A stretch of 64,000 nucleotides of DNA from Eledone cirrhosa (Eukaryota): NCBI GenBank assembly GCA_964016885.1, contig OZ024743.1, forward strand, positions 274,102,001-274,166,000. The letters are read 5' to 3'. Shown here in pieces: positions 13,880 through 33,434 of the stretch (position 1 is its first letter; each line of letters starts with the position of its first letter). The translations under genes and the position numbers were made by a program. The notes beneath the pieces are model-generated. The model did no database searches and was not told the DNA's origin. It worked only from the letters and a program-made list of their open reading frames with translations.

Positions 13880-15240
13880 TTTCTAGGAATATCGTGGGGC
13901 CACTTCTTTCAGCACGTCTAGTCAGAAGCGAGACGAACCGTGGTCATGCATATGTCCAACCAACTTGTTGGGTCTATCCGTGTGTCTCCTGGTAGTTGGT
14001 TTTGCCCGTAGAATCTGGCCAATAATCATTCTTGGGGTATTCTAACACTATGCCCATAATATCGGAGCTCTGATCTCTCAATTCGGAGAAGTAGCGGCTC
14101 TAACTGGAGTGCCTCTCTGATCTACAAGCTACGCTCTATGAAAAGACGCTACTCCAAAGACCCTTCAGAGGACCCTTATTTCAAACGCATCTTTTCGTGA
14201 TTGTATTCTTTCGGACATTACCCAAGATACATGACCATAGTTAAGGGTTGACTCCGAATTGAAGACAGCGAGTTTGGCTTTTACGCCCATCTCCCTTCTT
14301 CTGATTAGCGAATATAAAAGCTGACGCAGTACTGCGCCGGCTACTTCCATTCTTGCACTTATTTCAGCTTCATGTCTTCCATCACTTGAACTTCTCCCCC
14401 TACTTCAGTGGAACTCCACTTCCATTGCGCAGGTTTCCCTCTGAGGATGCGTGTCTCAGTCTTTTCCCCACTAATGTTCATTTCAGCTCTGCAGCACTCG
14501 GCATCAAACCTATCAAGTGCATAACAGAGATTACCTCTAGGCGGCTTAAGTAATACCATGTCGTCTGCAAATGCCTGCCGACTGATCCTAAGCCCGCCTG
14601 TCATGATAGCACTTCCAACCCGGTTCATGAAGATTATGAACAGCAGCGGTGACAATAGGAACCCTTAGTGGAGCGCGACATCCACATTGAATGGTGTTGA
14701 CGTAGCAGGATTTATCCGAACACAAATACTAGTGGATTCGTACAGAGACATCAGATCAACCAGAAGCTGACAATTGGCCCCATACTCCTGCAGAATCTTC
14801 CATAGCAGGTCTCTTGGGACGCCGTCGCATGCCGTTTTCGAGGTTTACGAAGCAATCATACACCTCTTAGCAATACTTGCTTGATTTCACTAATACCTGC
14901 TGCAGTGTGAATATTTGGTCGGTTGCCCTACGTATGGGGCTCTGTGTGATGTTTAAATGCGACTCGAGATGCTTAAAGCCTTAAATAGAGTCGGTATTCT
15001 CTGGCTAACTCGGGTGTGCCATGTGGCCTGGATCTCTAAAAAGGCACCCAAGCAATGTTAATATGGATTGATAATCCCAATTTTCAAAAAAAAAAGGAGA
15101 CAAGCGATATTTCCCCAATCATAGAAGGATCTACTTGTTGAGCCCCCACCCCCACCCCTCCCCCGGTAAAGTCTATGCTAGGTGTCTGGCAAGGGATGTA
15201 GGGAGATGTCCGTGTTAAAGCTAGCTGACGAACAGTGTGG
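13880..15240. mobile_element. Degenerate RTE-type LINE RT region with internal inversion
   Basis: Minus strand 13880-14935 carries SPLLFIIFM..AFADDMVL and downstream RT; plus strand 14940-15240 carries the upstream segment EMLKALNRVGILWLTRVC..IIPIFKK..GD..PGKVYARCL; frameshifts and stops. Confidence 0.75.
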
Positions 15241-15341
15241 TTTATATATATACTCTCCTTTATACTGAGTACCTAAATTATTGGCGTTATCCCCGATTGA
15301 ACCCGAGACTCACATACACATACACACACACAAACACACAG

Positions 15342-15434
<93 letters not shown>

Positions 15435-16255
15435 TGTAATGATCAACACACTGCAATTTAGCGCACTCTCCCTTCCTTTACCCTTTCTACGGATATACTT
15501 CATATATAGTCTTCACATTTATTATTATTATTACTATATATATATATATATATATATATAGCCTTGAAGTAAACTGGCAGCCGAAAGTAAGCTTTATACA
15601 AAACCAGGGAAACACACTCACGGATAGGGAACTGAAGAGAAATGAATACTGCTCAGTGCTTTAAAGAAGCCCGGTGTATTTTATACCCCAAATCAACAGG
15701 CGACGATTATCTTCATATCCTATCGGTTGTAGCTGCCTTAAGTACACGAAAACGGGTACATCTTCGTAAATAGACAGCATTATAGGAGAGCTGATCAATC
15801 GTGAAATGGTTGTAGAGATCCTTATAAACATATGCAACAAAATCTGCATAGAAGTGAGTAGTTAGGGAGTCAAACGCCGTAGAGCAGATATTCAATCTCT
15901 GTATGAAGATACAAAATCAGGACATGTTATACCAGGCCTGGCTTTTCAGGAAAGCATTTGACAGGGTGTGGCCAGTATACGGTGAATCACACTGGTGAAG
16001 CTGTCCACTTTCTTCCTGCCAGAAGCTTTTACTTCAAAATTAGTTTTAATTTCAAAATTCGTAACTCACTTAACGGTTCTAAAGATCCTATCTGATTGAT
16101 ATAGTTTAAACTTAATGGAACCAAGGGTCAAAGTCCCTTTGGTATAATTTAGCATAGCTGCACGTTGTATAGAGATGGGAGTTCTAGTTCCAGAGACGCC
16201 GAAGCATTAAGTTAGCTTTAATTTAAAGCTTCATATATACATATATATATACACA

Positions 16256-16647
<392 letters not shown>

Positions 16648-16650
16648 GTA

Positions 16651-20146
<3,496 letters not shown>

Positions 20147-20161
20147 CATATATATAGATAG

Positions 20162-20221
<60 letters not shown>

Positions 20222-20224
<3 letters not shown>

Positions 20225-20508
20225 AATATTTTCGAAACACCAAGTGGATTTGAAATTATTAGAAATGTAAGCTATTGCCGTATTTTGACTAAAGAAATTA
20301 AAGAAATTATTTAGCCTGATAGTGGGGTTAAGAACCCTCGGCGTAAATGGTAGCACAGTGGTCCGGATAACCAAAGATGTGGGTTCGCGTCCCATGTACG
20401 TCAATACTCATCATTTTCCATTTCTCCGAGGTTTCTTAAACCCACTATAAGGCTAAATAATTTGTTTAGTTTCTTTAGTCAAAATACGGCGATAGCTTAC
20501 ATTTCTAA

Positions 20509-20512
<4 letters not shown>
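20222..20512 (+). mobile_element. tRNA-headed element with inverted 3' arm (copy 1)
   Basis: tRNA-like head 20340-20403 (A box, B box ggttcgcgtcc) between about 87-bp inverted arms; left arm 32 nt longer; TA flanks. Confidence 0.75.
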
Positions 20513-20543
<31 letters not shown>

Positions 20544-20544
20544 T

Positions 20545-20582
<38 letters not shown>

Positions 20583-20588
20583 TATACT

Positions 20589-20686
<98 letters not shown>

Positions 20687-20703
20687 CATACATATATATA
20701 TAT

Positions 20704-21098
20704 AAGAATATTTTCGAAACACCAAGTGGATTTGAAATTATTAGAAATGTAAGCTATCGCCGTATTTTTACTAAAGAAATTAAAGAAATTATTTAGCCTG
20801 ATAGTGGGGTTAAGAACCCTCGGCGTAAATGGTAGTACAGTGGTCCGGATAACCAAAGATGTGGGTTGGCCTCCCATGTACGTCAATACTTATCTGTTTC
20901 CATTTCTCCGAGAGTTATGTGTTGGTGTAAATGGTAGCACAGTGGTCCGGATAACCAAAGATGTGGGTTGGCCTCCCATGTACGTCAATACTCATCTTTT
21001 TCCATTTCTCCGAGGGTTCTTAACCCCACTATAAGACTAAATAATTTCTTTAATTTCTTTAGTCAAAATACGGCGATAGCTTACATTTCTAATAATTA
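20704..21098 (+). mobile_element. tRNA-headed element with inverted 3' arm (copy 2, duplicated head)
   Basis: Same arms as copy 1; heads at about 20822-20885 and 20916-20987, the second folding as a full cloverleaf; a 3' fragment recurs at 53441-53553. Confidence 0.75.
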
Positions 21099-21162
21099 TA
21101 TATATATATGTAAGTAAGTTAAATGTTTTTTTAATTTTTTTAAAAAATTTTCTTATTTTACG

Positions 21163-21203
<41 letters not shown>

Positions 21204-22048
21204 CAAACACACACACACACACACACACACATACATGCACTTAGCGACCGCGCTAGAGGTTATATAGAGAACGATTTCTGCTCGAACCCAGTAGTGTTAC
21301 TATGTTAAGTATTCTTTATTGAAAGTACTAAAATGACTCAGCTCTGTGTAATTAATTTTTCGATAGGCTGAGTACATATCATGCATTAGCTTCCGACTTA
21401 TAGTACTAATCAATGTTCCCTTAATGATTCTCGAAAATTCGTTAACTTCATTACTTCGTTAAAGATTATGTCTCATTTCCATGTAATTATGTCACATTTC
21501 TGAGATTAGTTCTAATCATGCAAATTGTCGAATAAAATTCTTTTCGAACCTATACAGGAGCTGTGAGTTCTGAATTTAAATGCTATCATTCTTGGCTCGA
21601 TAGATAAACCAACAGTCAATCGGGTGAATGAATATTTAGAGCACTGGATTTAGAGCCCTGTGATATTCTTCCGGATCCTTTTTTCTTTCTCTGTTCAAAA
21701 CCTACCTGGACATACAAGGGCAGTAGATTTAATTAACGGCCGCGCAAAGGTCATCATTTGACTTTTCTGTGTCTTGTCTGAGAGCACCTTGTTTCAAGTA
21801 TTTATGCTTGGTCAGATACACTTATACACCTTTCGTGAAGGCACGTAGCTTAGTGGTTAGATCATGCGGCTCGAGCCATATATTCGATTTCTGGTGGCGT
21901 AAGACGCTGTTTTTTCTCGTTGCCTGAGTTCATTCAGCTGGTAAGTTACTACCTAATTTAGGTACATATAAATACAAACATGAAGAATGACATGATACTG
22001 AATGAATATAAAGTAATATATATATAAGCATACACATAGCGACCATAA

Positions 22049-22870
22049 TTAAATATGGAATGATACGCCATGCCCCACCCCCAGCCCGGCGGTCAGAATG
22101 GAGAAGGCGTTTCCCCGGAGGACGGCAAGGGAGACGCGCTGGAAAAGCCACTCCAACTCACGGGGCTCACACCTGCGGTTGGCCAGCTCAGCGCTTATGG
22201 TGGTGAGTAGGGAGATAGCCCTGGGGCCAAGGACACCAGAAGTCTCCACTGCCAGGGGTACAACCGCAAACCTGTCGGAGAGCGACCGGTATTTGATGAG
22301 TTTAGCCTCCTCAGCCCGACGTGCAGCAGAACCCGGGTTAGTCGCAGACTGCACCAGGTTTCGGCTGCAGAAAGTGTCGGTGCAAGTGGCATCCCAGACG
22401 AGGGGTTTGCCACCGTGGAGCGGGAAGATGGTCATCCCATCTGGCCTTTTGCCGTCCCCTCGGTCCAGCCCCACCGGCCCGAGCTGGGAAGGGAAGCCTG
22501 AAGCGTTCAAGCTATGGTTTATGACCTTGTTGAGGGCAGCAATGCGTGGAAGGCGGCCGGCAGTGTGGTAACAGGAAAGCGGGTGGAGGCCGAAAGAGTC
22601 CACGGTGGATCCGCAGCGACATTGGTGTGGCTCGCAGATCCAGAGGCCGAGCCTCAAGGAAACGTCAATGCGCAGGCTATTATTGGCTAGTTGTGTGCCA
22701 GTGGAGAAGGAGGGCAGGGCATGGAGCCAAGCACCCCTGTGGGGTTTGGAGGCCGCACGAAAACAGACAAGACGGTGCTGGTCGAGCTGGCGCGTGAGCC
22801 TGTCTGAGGCCCTGCTGCACTGGATGGCATCCCAAGTGTTTTTTTTTGGGGGGGGGGGACTTGACGTCAA
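22049..22870 (-). pseudogene. CRE-like non-LTR retrotransposon C-terminus (zinc finger + restriction-like endonuclease)
   Basis: GAWLHALP, CRCG..D..G.H.LSC zinc finger, RPDG..W D.T, PLAVETSG.LG, SLAVLRGNA motifs; 5'-truncated. Confidence 0.85.
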
Positions 22871-24134
22871 CAGGGGGAGAAGGAGGAAGGATGTCTACCG
22901 GGCTGAGTCCCAGTCGGTAGCACGTCTTATTTCAAAGGGCCAGCCTTATAACACAGAATGCTACCCTGAGTAGGGCCTAAGAAATGTTGACTATGGAATG
23001 CTCAATTACTTAGAGGTTAATTTCATGTGCAAGCGGTTGGATTCTTCGTATATTGGGAACACTCGTCGTCGAAATCGACGGATCTGCAACTCACTTTCTT
23101 CTTCTGTATATACCTCATTGTGTTGAAGATTACTAAGTATATGTTTCAAATATTGGAAACTTAGTAACTTTTACTATTATATAATTAATATATAACAATC
23201 GTTTCACCGATCAATATAGAGATATTATCTTTTGATATATTACATTTCAATACTGTTTGGACTGTAATAAATGAGATTAAAGGGATTATTAGCATTTCCA
23301 CCAAGCTTTGAACACACACAGGCTCTAATCCACACAGGATATTGTACATAGGTTCTGAAAGAAAGTAATTTCGTCCTATTTGCTTTTACGTTTTTAAATC
23401 CGAGGATTAGTAGTATGCACAGTAACATTTAGTATTTCCATAATCTATTGTCGGTGGACATGGCATGGCCAAATATCTAAGACGCATTTTTTAAGATTGT
23501 GAGGCCCAGTGTTGGATTCTCCAACCCTAGGCCGCTGAGGGAAGAGGGTAGACGGAACCTGTTTCGATGCCTTGGGAATATTTAGCTATTTCCACGTTAA
23601 TTTAGCAACTATGCCATTCCATTGATCGAACAACTCTAACACTCATCATCGAAATTATTATGCCTAATATTGGATTATTGTAGAATACAATTTATTATGT
23701 TAAAGCTATTGTATCAGTGGCGTGGAAAGCCTATGGTAATAGTGCGTGTGGGTAGAGAGTGAGACAAAAGAGGTTGGTTATTATGGCAGTAGCACGAAGG
23801 AAAATTGTTTTTCAAACTCACCTCTTTATGGAAAGGGGGTGGTAAGACTGTGCGTGTGGTTGGTAGGTACTTTACTAAAAGAGAAATTATTTTCAAAGTT
23901 TCCGTTACACTGTGGAAATGGAAAAGTAAGAGTGTGTGTGAGAGAGAGCAAGTGAAATAGCCGTAGCAGCACTGGAACCAGAATATTGTTTAAAATTAGG
24001 AAAAATATTTATCCGTCATTTAATAATTCTCATGACTACTTGATATCTATTTCTTAAAATCTGTGCCCCAACCACCACTACCATCACCAAACACTAGGAA
24101 ATCTATAAGTATCAACACCTCTTTATGTCACTCG

Positions 24135-24186
24135 GCATTCCTGATGATTTCATACGAATGAAACATTTCTAGATCTGTAGAAGGCA
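24135..24186 (+). ncRNA. Degenerate type I hammerhead (family of 16519)
   Basis: gcauuc-CUGAUGA-uuucauacgaau-GAAACAU..CUGUA-gaaggc; stem I 5/6 paired, one stem III mismatch. Confidence 0.5.
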
Positions 24187-24272
24187 TTTCTATATTAAAT
24201 AATGGTGTTTACACTTTACCTGTGGTTACCACGATCTCACGCAAGATCTACGCACACACGCGCATATATATA

Positions 24273-25800
24273 TAGGAGAAGAGTCAGGACCCCGACGGTA
24301 GAACTCAAGCCATTTCGACAGCTATTTCTGGACTAAATTAAATTTTTAGCGTGGTGTTGATATAGCCGATCTCTTCAAAGGGTAATTCCATATAAAGGCA
24401 TGCGATAGTCAGGTATTTCTGAAGGTTGTAGTTATCAAAAGGAGTGGTCGAAGTTGTTTGTGAACACAGTTAAATCTTTCATGGCGGCGGGTGGCTGAAC
24501 TTGCCAGTAGAACAAAGAGTGAGTATATTTTGAAAGAGTGTGGATAAAGTAGGTTAGCTGAAATAGAATTATACAGGAATCTGAAAGCTGGGATCTTTAT
24601 AAAATTAAAGAACTAGAGTCTAAAACAAGGAAACCGGAAATTATAAAATACATCTAATTCAGTACCCTTATGCTTGGTCTCATAACGGTAAATTATCAAT
24701 AACGATGCACCCGGCTAAAAAAGGTGTTGTGTTTTCAGCCAATGCTATATAAATTTCACGGGGGTAGGGGTACTGAGGCTACAAAAACCCGATGGGCTGC
24801 CTCAGGGTAAGCGAGAGAAAAAGGAAAAAGAAGAAACAAAAGGAAAAAAGAAAAGTATTACATCACCTATGTATGCTGGGGTTTCCTCTATCTTGTTCAG
24901 CAAGTGGGGAAAAGAAAGATGTTACAGCCATTGTCTACCCACCCGTGTCGTGAGGGGGTTTGAAGGCGAGTTAAGTCCTAAGTAATCGGTGTTTATATGC
25001 GGTTACAAGTTCATCTTTTTTGTTTAGGAGTTGGTCCTTCGTAAACAGCATTTGTATTGTTTCCTCCGAGCATAAGTTACACGGACAGCGTCCTCCCGAG
25101 TAGGAGTTAGCCCTGAAAAGTAAGCTCCAACTTAGATGGTATGTGATGTTATTATCTTGGAGGTCCCAAATGTGACCCGAAAGTTTAGTGGCATGTCGCC
25201 GAGCCGGGTTTCTGAACGTATGACGGTGTTGGTAGAGTCGGGTCTTAAAATCACATGCCGTTAATCCTATATAGGCCTTGTTGGAATTTTCCCTCACGTT
25301 GCATTGGTAGATCACGTTACGTTATCGGCATCTGTTGTTGAGGGTGCACGTTGATCTATCCGGACAGTTACAACTCCTGGTCGGCTCTCCACTAATGTCT
25401 AGGTTGTTATTTCCGTTAGAGTTAAGTTTCTTATTTGAGAAGGCGATGTTTTGTGCAAAGTTGGGTGTGATGCTGTAGGAGAGTTTGATAGTGTTTTTGT
25501 TGATTATTTTGTGGTAGCGGTGTTGGGAAGTGTTTTTCGAGGAGTCTAAAGAAGATTTCCCGATTGGTGTTGCAACCTCGGCATTGTGGGGATGGTTGAA
25601 CCACGTCACGTGGCGTGAGCGGTGGCGTCACCTGCTGGTTCCGCTAGGGGAGCCTGGGTATAATGAGATTTCCTCCCGGAAGCCGCTTCGCTTGAGGGCC
25701 TGACTGTAATATGGCGCATGTTCGTCGAATATCTGCTCGTTATCGGACAAGAGAGATATGCAGAGGCAGATGTTTTTAACCAGGTTATTGATGTTCCTAT
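24273..25800 (-). mobile_element. Degenerate PLE (family B relative): RT tail, GIY-YIG and pLTR
   Basis: WFNHP, CNC..C.L..C, VIYQC..YIG.T..FKTR..H, CNLCSEE in broken frames (24971-25631); 24273-24420 homologous to the family B pLTR end. Confidence 0.8.
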
Positions 25801-25804
25801 ATAT

Positions 25805-25889
<85 letters not shown>

Positions 25890-27120
25890 GGATGTGATAA
25901 TGAGAGAAACTAGGGTTAATACACAAACAGTGATGTATACTTTATGATAGTAGTGGAGCTATACCGCTGACGCATGTGCCAGGGGTTTCGTGCTTAAGGA
26001 TATTAAAAACGAAACTGCTGGCACTCGAAACAGTTATATCTTGATAGCTATTATATATATGTCTAAGTATGCGTGTGTGTATATGTGAATTTGATGTGCG
26101 CTGAGAGACACAAGGCGAAACATACACACACAACACTATATTTGCCAGAAGAGTAGACAACTTAGGATAATGTATATTAATTTAGTTCAATAGGATAAGA
26201 GACAATAAGTCTTTCGCCATGACAATTGAAGGGGTGAATTTCTAATATTCTCCGTTATAATTTCTTGAAATTGTCAGCAGAAGGAATCTTATGAAGCAGA
26301 CCTTTTGTGTGGAATGTATTACAAGTTAATAAATATCGATTCATCAAGTGAAAACTGCCAGAAACATGAGCAATTGAAGTCAATTTTGTAGTACGATATT
26401 GAGACGATGATAAGTCGTTGGTTGGCAGATTGACTGGTGTCCTCTTAACAGAAAATACATGCAACATATTGAATGCTTTAGTATAGAATGTTATCATTGT
26501 ATTATTACTACTATTACTACTAATGCTAATAACAGTTCGCTGTTTTTAGTTATTATCGAGCAGGGATATGAATCAGGAACGTTTGATTCATAACAATTCT
26601 ATTTTCAATTAAGACACAATAAATCTAGGGTTACCTATCTTCATGTACCGTTACTTTTATAAGGCATTAGAAATAGATTAGGAAAGTAAATCGGCGCTTT
26701 ATATACAAATTCTTCAGCTGAAAATCACATTTTCAATAGGTGAGATTGGCCTTCATCCCAAACTGCTAACATTAAAAACCTACAGAATCATCCACGTCTT
26801 AGAAAACGTGCGTGTGTGTGAAAATGATTTAGGTGTAGCTATTTTGGTTGTTGATGCTATAAATAACCGCAGAAATCACTCTCATATATTGGCAGATTCC
26901 TTAAAACCACGCAAAATGTGCCTCGTGGAATATGTTCCGGCTTATTACGTTCTGAGTTAAAATCCGCTCGAGGTCGACTTTGACTTTCATCATTCCAGTT
27001 TCGAGAAAAGTACAATTAAATTATTGGGCTTGCCTTTCCCTGATAGTCCTCAAACTGGTGGCCTTCTACCTAAAATGGAAACCATTATTAACAGTGTTCA
27101 CTGAACTTAAACACTTTAGG

Positions 27121-27188
<68 letters not shown>

Positions 27189-27189
27189 A

Positions 27190-27222
<33 letters not shown>

Positions 27223-27385
27223 TGTGTGTAAACGGTAAACAGAAATAACAACACAATCGGTAAAGTATATGCTTGATATAGCAGGAAGAGAATCTTAACG
27301 TTTCGGACGCTAGTCCTTCATCAGAAGAAAGAATGAGAAATAAGGTAGATTGATGGGACGGGCGATTTGGAATTGGAGTACTTTG
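27190..27385 (-). mobile_element. Solo pLTR fragment of the PLE at 62750-64000
   Basis: Near-identical to 62800-62985. Confidence 0.75.
27293..27328 (-). ncRNA. Minimal type I hammerhead ribozyme
   Basis: ucuu-CUGAUGA-a-ggac(uagc)gucc-GAAACGUU-aaga; palindromic AACGUU stem III. Confidence 0.75.
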
Positions 27386-27614
27386 GTTTAGTTTCTTCTC
27401 TACTTATATAACCACAAACATGTTTTCGGTATAGATGTTGAAAATTTATTGAGCGAGCTTTGATACTATCTCTAATCAACAATGTGTGTTAAATTTAAAG
27501 CTAGTGCCCCCCCCCCCCCCCTAAAAAAAAAAAAAAAGCTTTATGAATGACGTCTTCCTAAAACAAGAAATAGCAACAGCATGAAGGACAGTGTGTTTAA
27601 TAAGTTTTCGAATT

Positions 27615-28018
27615 TAGGTATAGGCTTAACAATTGTGGAGGAAGTGGAAGGTTGATCACACTTACTCCAGTCTTTTAGCATTAGCTTATTTCATCGACCA
27701 CGGAAGGATGGAAGTAAAAGTTGACCTCGGCTTAATGTGAACTCAGAACGCAGATAATCGTAACTAAATACCGCAAAGTCCACAGATACTGCCAATCCAC
27801 CGCCTTTATGACAATGTTAATAATTTAGGCCCAGCAAGGATAAAGTGAGAGTTGATCAAATCGATCCCTGCGTTTTATTGATACTGGTACTTTATTTTAT
27901 CAAACCCGTTAGGATGAGAGGTTAACCTCGGTAGGATTTGAACTTAGAACGTAAAGACATGTAACTTTATGCCAGGAAGCATGGTGTTCAACGCTCTAAT
28001 GGTTCTGCAAATCCACTG
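27615..28018 (-). mobile_element. Two diverged copies of the main SINE family
   Basis: tttcatcgacc..aaggatg..aaagttgacctcgg..gaactcaga..actgccaatccaccg pattern twice. Confidence 0.65.
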
Positions 28019-29514
28019 TATTAAAAACAACAACGACAACACAAACAATACTATATGTTGCCATTAATAAAAAAAAATCACCTATTAAGGGTGAGCGCGC
28101 AATCAAATAATTGAAACCAGCTAGTTGATTCATAATTTATTTATCAAGTACGAAAGGCATAAATCGCAAAGCCTAAAGTTTGCAGGAATTGAAATTAGCA
28201 TGTAAACGTATGTTGTTGAATTCCACAAACTAATTTATCTGTCAGTCTACAGACGCTGCCAAGAAATTGCTACTATGTGGCTTTTAAAATTTGGAAATTA
28301 TAGAATTTCATCGTCAATCTCTATAATCTAAAAGGTTTAATTAGTTGAACATTACGGTAACATGTATCCCAGTACCACCAGTCACACCGTCAAGTGTCAA
28401 TGACTAAACCAATAATCCCACCAAGTCTACTAGTTGAGGAGGGTGATGTTTGGACATCCTACAAGACGAAAAACAAAACCTGTTAAAAAGGGCAGAACAA
28501 CTCTTGTATTTTTCTTATAACCATGACATTAAGTGAGTAACTGACTTCTACAACAGCATGTCTTTAATGTGTGATACCAAATAACAATACAAGGCTGGTT
28601 GTGTTTTAATTTTGTCGCAGATTTAGCTTGTAGGTTCCAACATTATTCTTTTGAGTCATCAGTCTCAAAATATTCCTCACTGTTAGATTTTATTTTCGTC
28701 TTCCGCAATTCATTCAAGATCGTTTTATGTATCTATCAAAGCATGTCTCATGGGGTGGTAGTAACAAAAAGACACTCTATGCATGAATGTATTTATTTAA
28801 CAAATATGTGTACGTTGATGTTTACAACGATGTAATTTCTTAAACATTTTTTATGGGATTTCATGTAAACAAATATTTCAGAGTAATGATGTATGATCTA
28901 CAAAATCAATATCTATGTTGGTATTTAATTTCACATTTGGTGACAGATATGAATAGAAAAGAATGGAATGGTGCAAACAATGAAGCTGAATTATTCTAAA
29001 GTTGACCCAAATTGTATTGCCATACCAGACTCGGTATCATTCATGATTAAAATTCACTTGTTTGTTCTGTCAACAGTTTCCGACATACCCTCCATATAAA
29101 ACAATGATTTTTCATTCTTTAAGCATGCAATAGCAAGCAACTTAATTTGGTTTCATGTTTTACATTTTCTTTTAATATTTTAGATTTTACTTTTGTATTG
29201 GAACTAGTTTAACATATAATATGTTGATTTAAAATAAAAAAACGAATTAAATATCATTCAATCCAACAAGTGGAAGATGCTGAATGAACATTAGTGATTG
29301 AAAACTAAAAAATATATATGAGCCAATACTGAGAAATAGTTGGCGCACAATTATTTTGGCACAATTATTTTAGTACACTTCTCTTGGCACATTCCTTATT
29401 TTCTTACTGCGCAAAATAATTGCAGGATTTTCCATACATTTTAATTTTGTCAAATTCAAGAATTACGATAGTGTTTGAAATTTCAGACGGCTTAGTAATT
29501 TGCCAGCATTCATC

Positions 29515-29630
<116 letters not shown>

Positions 29631-30113
29631 AGCGAGAATCGCATTTCGGCGGGTAGAAAAGGCGAAACGAAACGCAAAAATCAGAAATGATGCTGGCAAG
29701 CGCTCCATAGTTAAAAAACCCAGAGCTAAACAATATGTTGAGAGGCCATACAAAAGTGGTCAAGAAAGCATCAACCACCTAAGCCAAATAGCAAATCAAG
29801 ATAAACAGGTCAAAACAAGATAAATGATAAAAAAACACACACACATATATATATATATCCAATAAGTCGTTATTGATATTACACCGGAGCGTCTTATTGT
29901 AAAGATTTAAATTATTAAAGAATATCAACCAGCAGTGAAGTCATTCTTCACATTTTTTTTCAAATTTATCTTAGTGTACTAAGGATTTCACTTAATTTTC
30001 TACCATATATATGTGTGTATGGGGGGGGGGGGGGTATATATATATATATACACCCACACATATATCGAAATTTGTTTCTTTAGGTATATATATACATGAC
30101 CCTCCCAAAGTAT

Positions 30114-32967
<2,854 letters not shown>

Positions 32968-33015
32968 TAAAATTAAAGTTTAAGCAAAGCATCGCTGCTT
33001 ATTATTATTATTATT

Positions 33016-33200
33016 GTGGATTGGCAGTATCAGTAGAGGGTCGGAGGCCATGCTTTGAGGCATAGAGTTACGTCCCTTGCCATTCTGAGTTCAAATCCCG
33101 CCGAGGTTAACTTTGCCTTTCATCCTCATGGGGTCGATGAAACAAAGTACCAGTAATGCACTGAGTAATTGCAGCCCTTGTGCCAAAAGTAGAAACAATT
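33016..33200 (+). mobile_element. Main-family SINE whose (TTA)n tail abuts the LINE 5' end
   Basis: Same A/B boxes and core as 9041-9233. Confidence 0.8.
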
Positions 33201-33434
33201 ATTATTATTATTATTATTATTGAATGCCATGGTTGACGGAGGCTCGGCTCTGTAAGGTATAGTAATTTTTAACCGTTAAAACAATTGTAAATTGTTTAAA
33301 ACTTGAACCAAATTGTTGATAAAGACACCCTCCTCCTCGTGAGAGGGGTCTTTCTGTCCGTTATTTGGCCCTTCGGGGTTAAATAACCAGTTATTGGGGT
33401 TTTGTACCCAAAATTTCATTTTAAACAAAAAAAC

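Noticed and set aside
15590-15975. Possible decayed LINE RT fragment (aaagcatttgacagggtgtgg, KAFDRVW)
   Set aside because: Only one short motif; too degraded to delimit or classify
20316-20345. ctgatagt-gggg..ccc hammerhead look-alike in the tRNA-headed element arm
   Set aside because: Core is CUGAUAG not CUGANGA, stems I and III are absent, and it is antisense to the tRNA head
20916-20987. Functional tRNA gene
   Set aside because: Anticodon loop lacks U33 and purine 37, the T loop is mutated, and it is embedded in a repeat; treated as a SINE head
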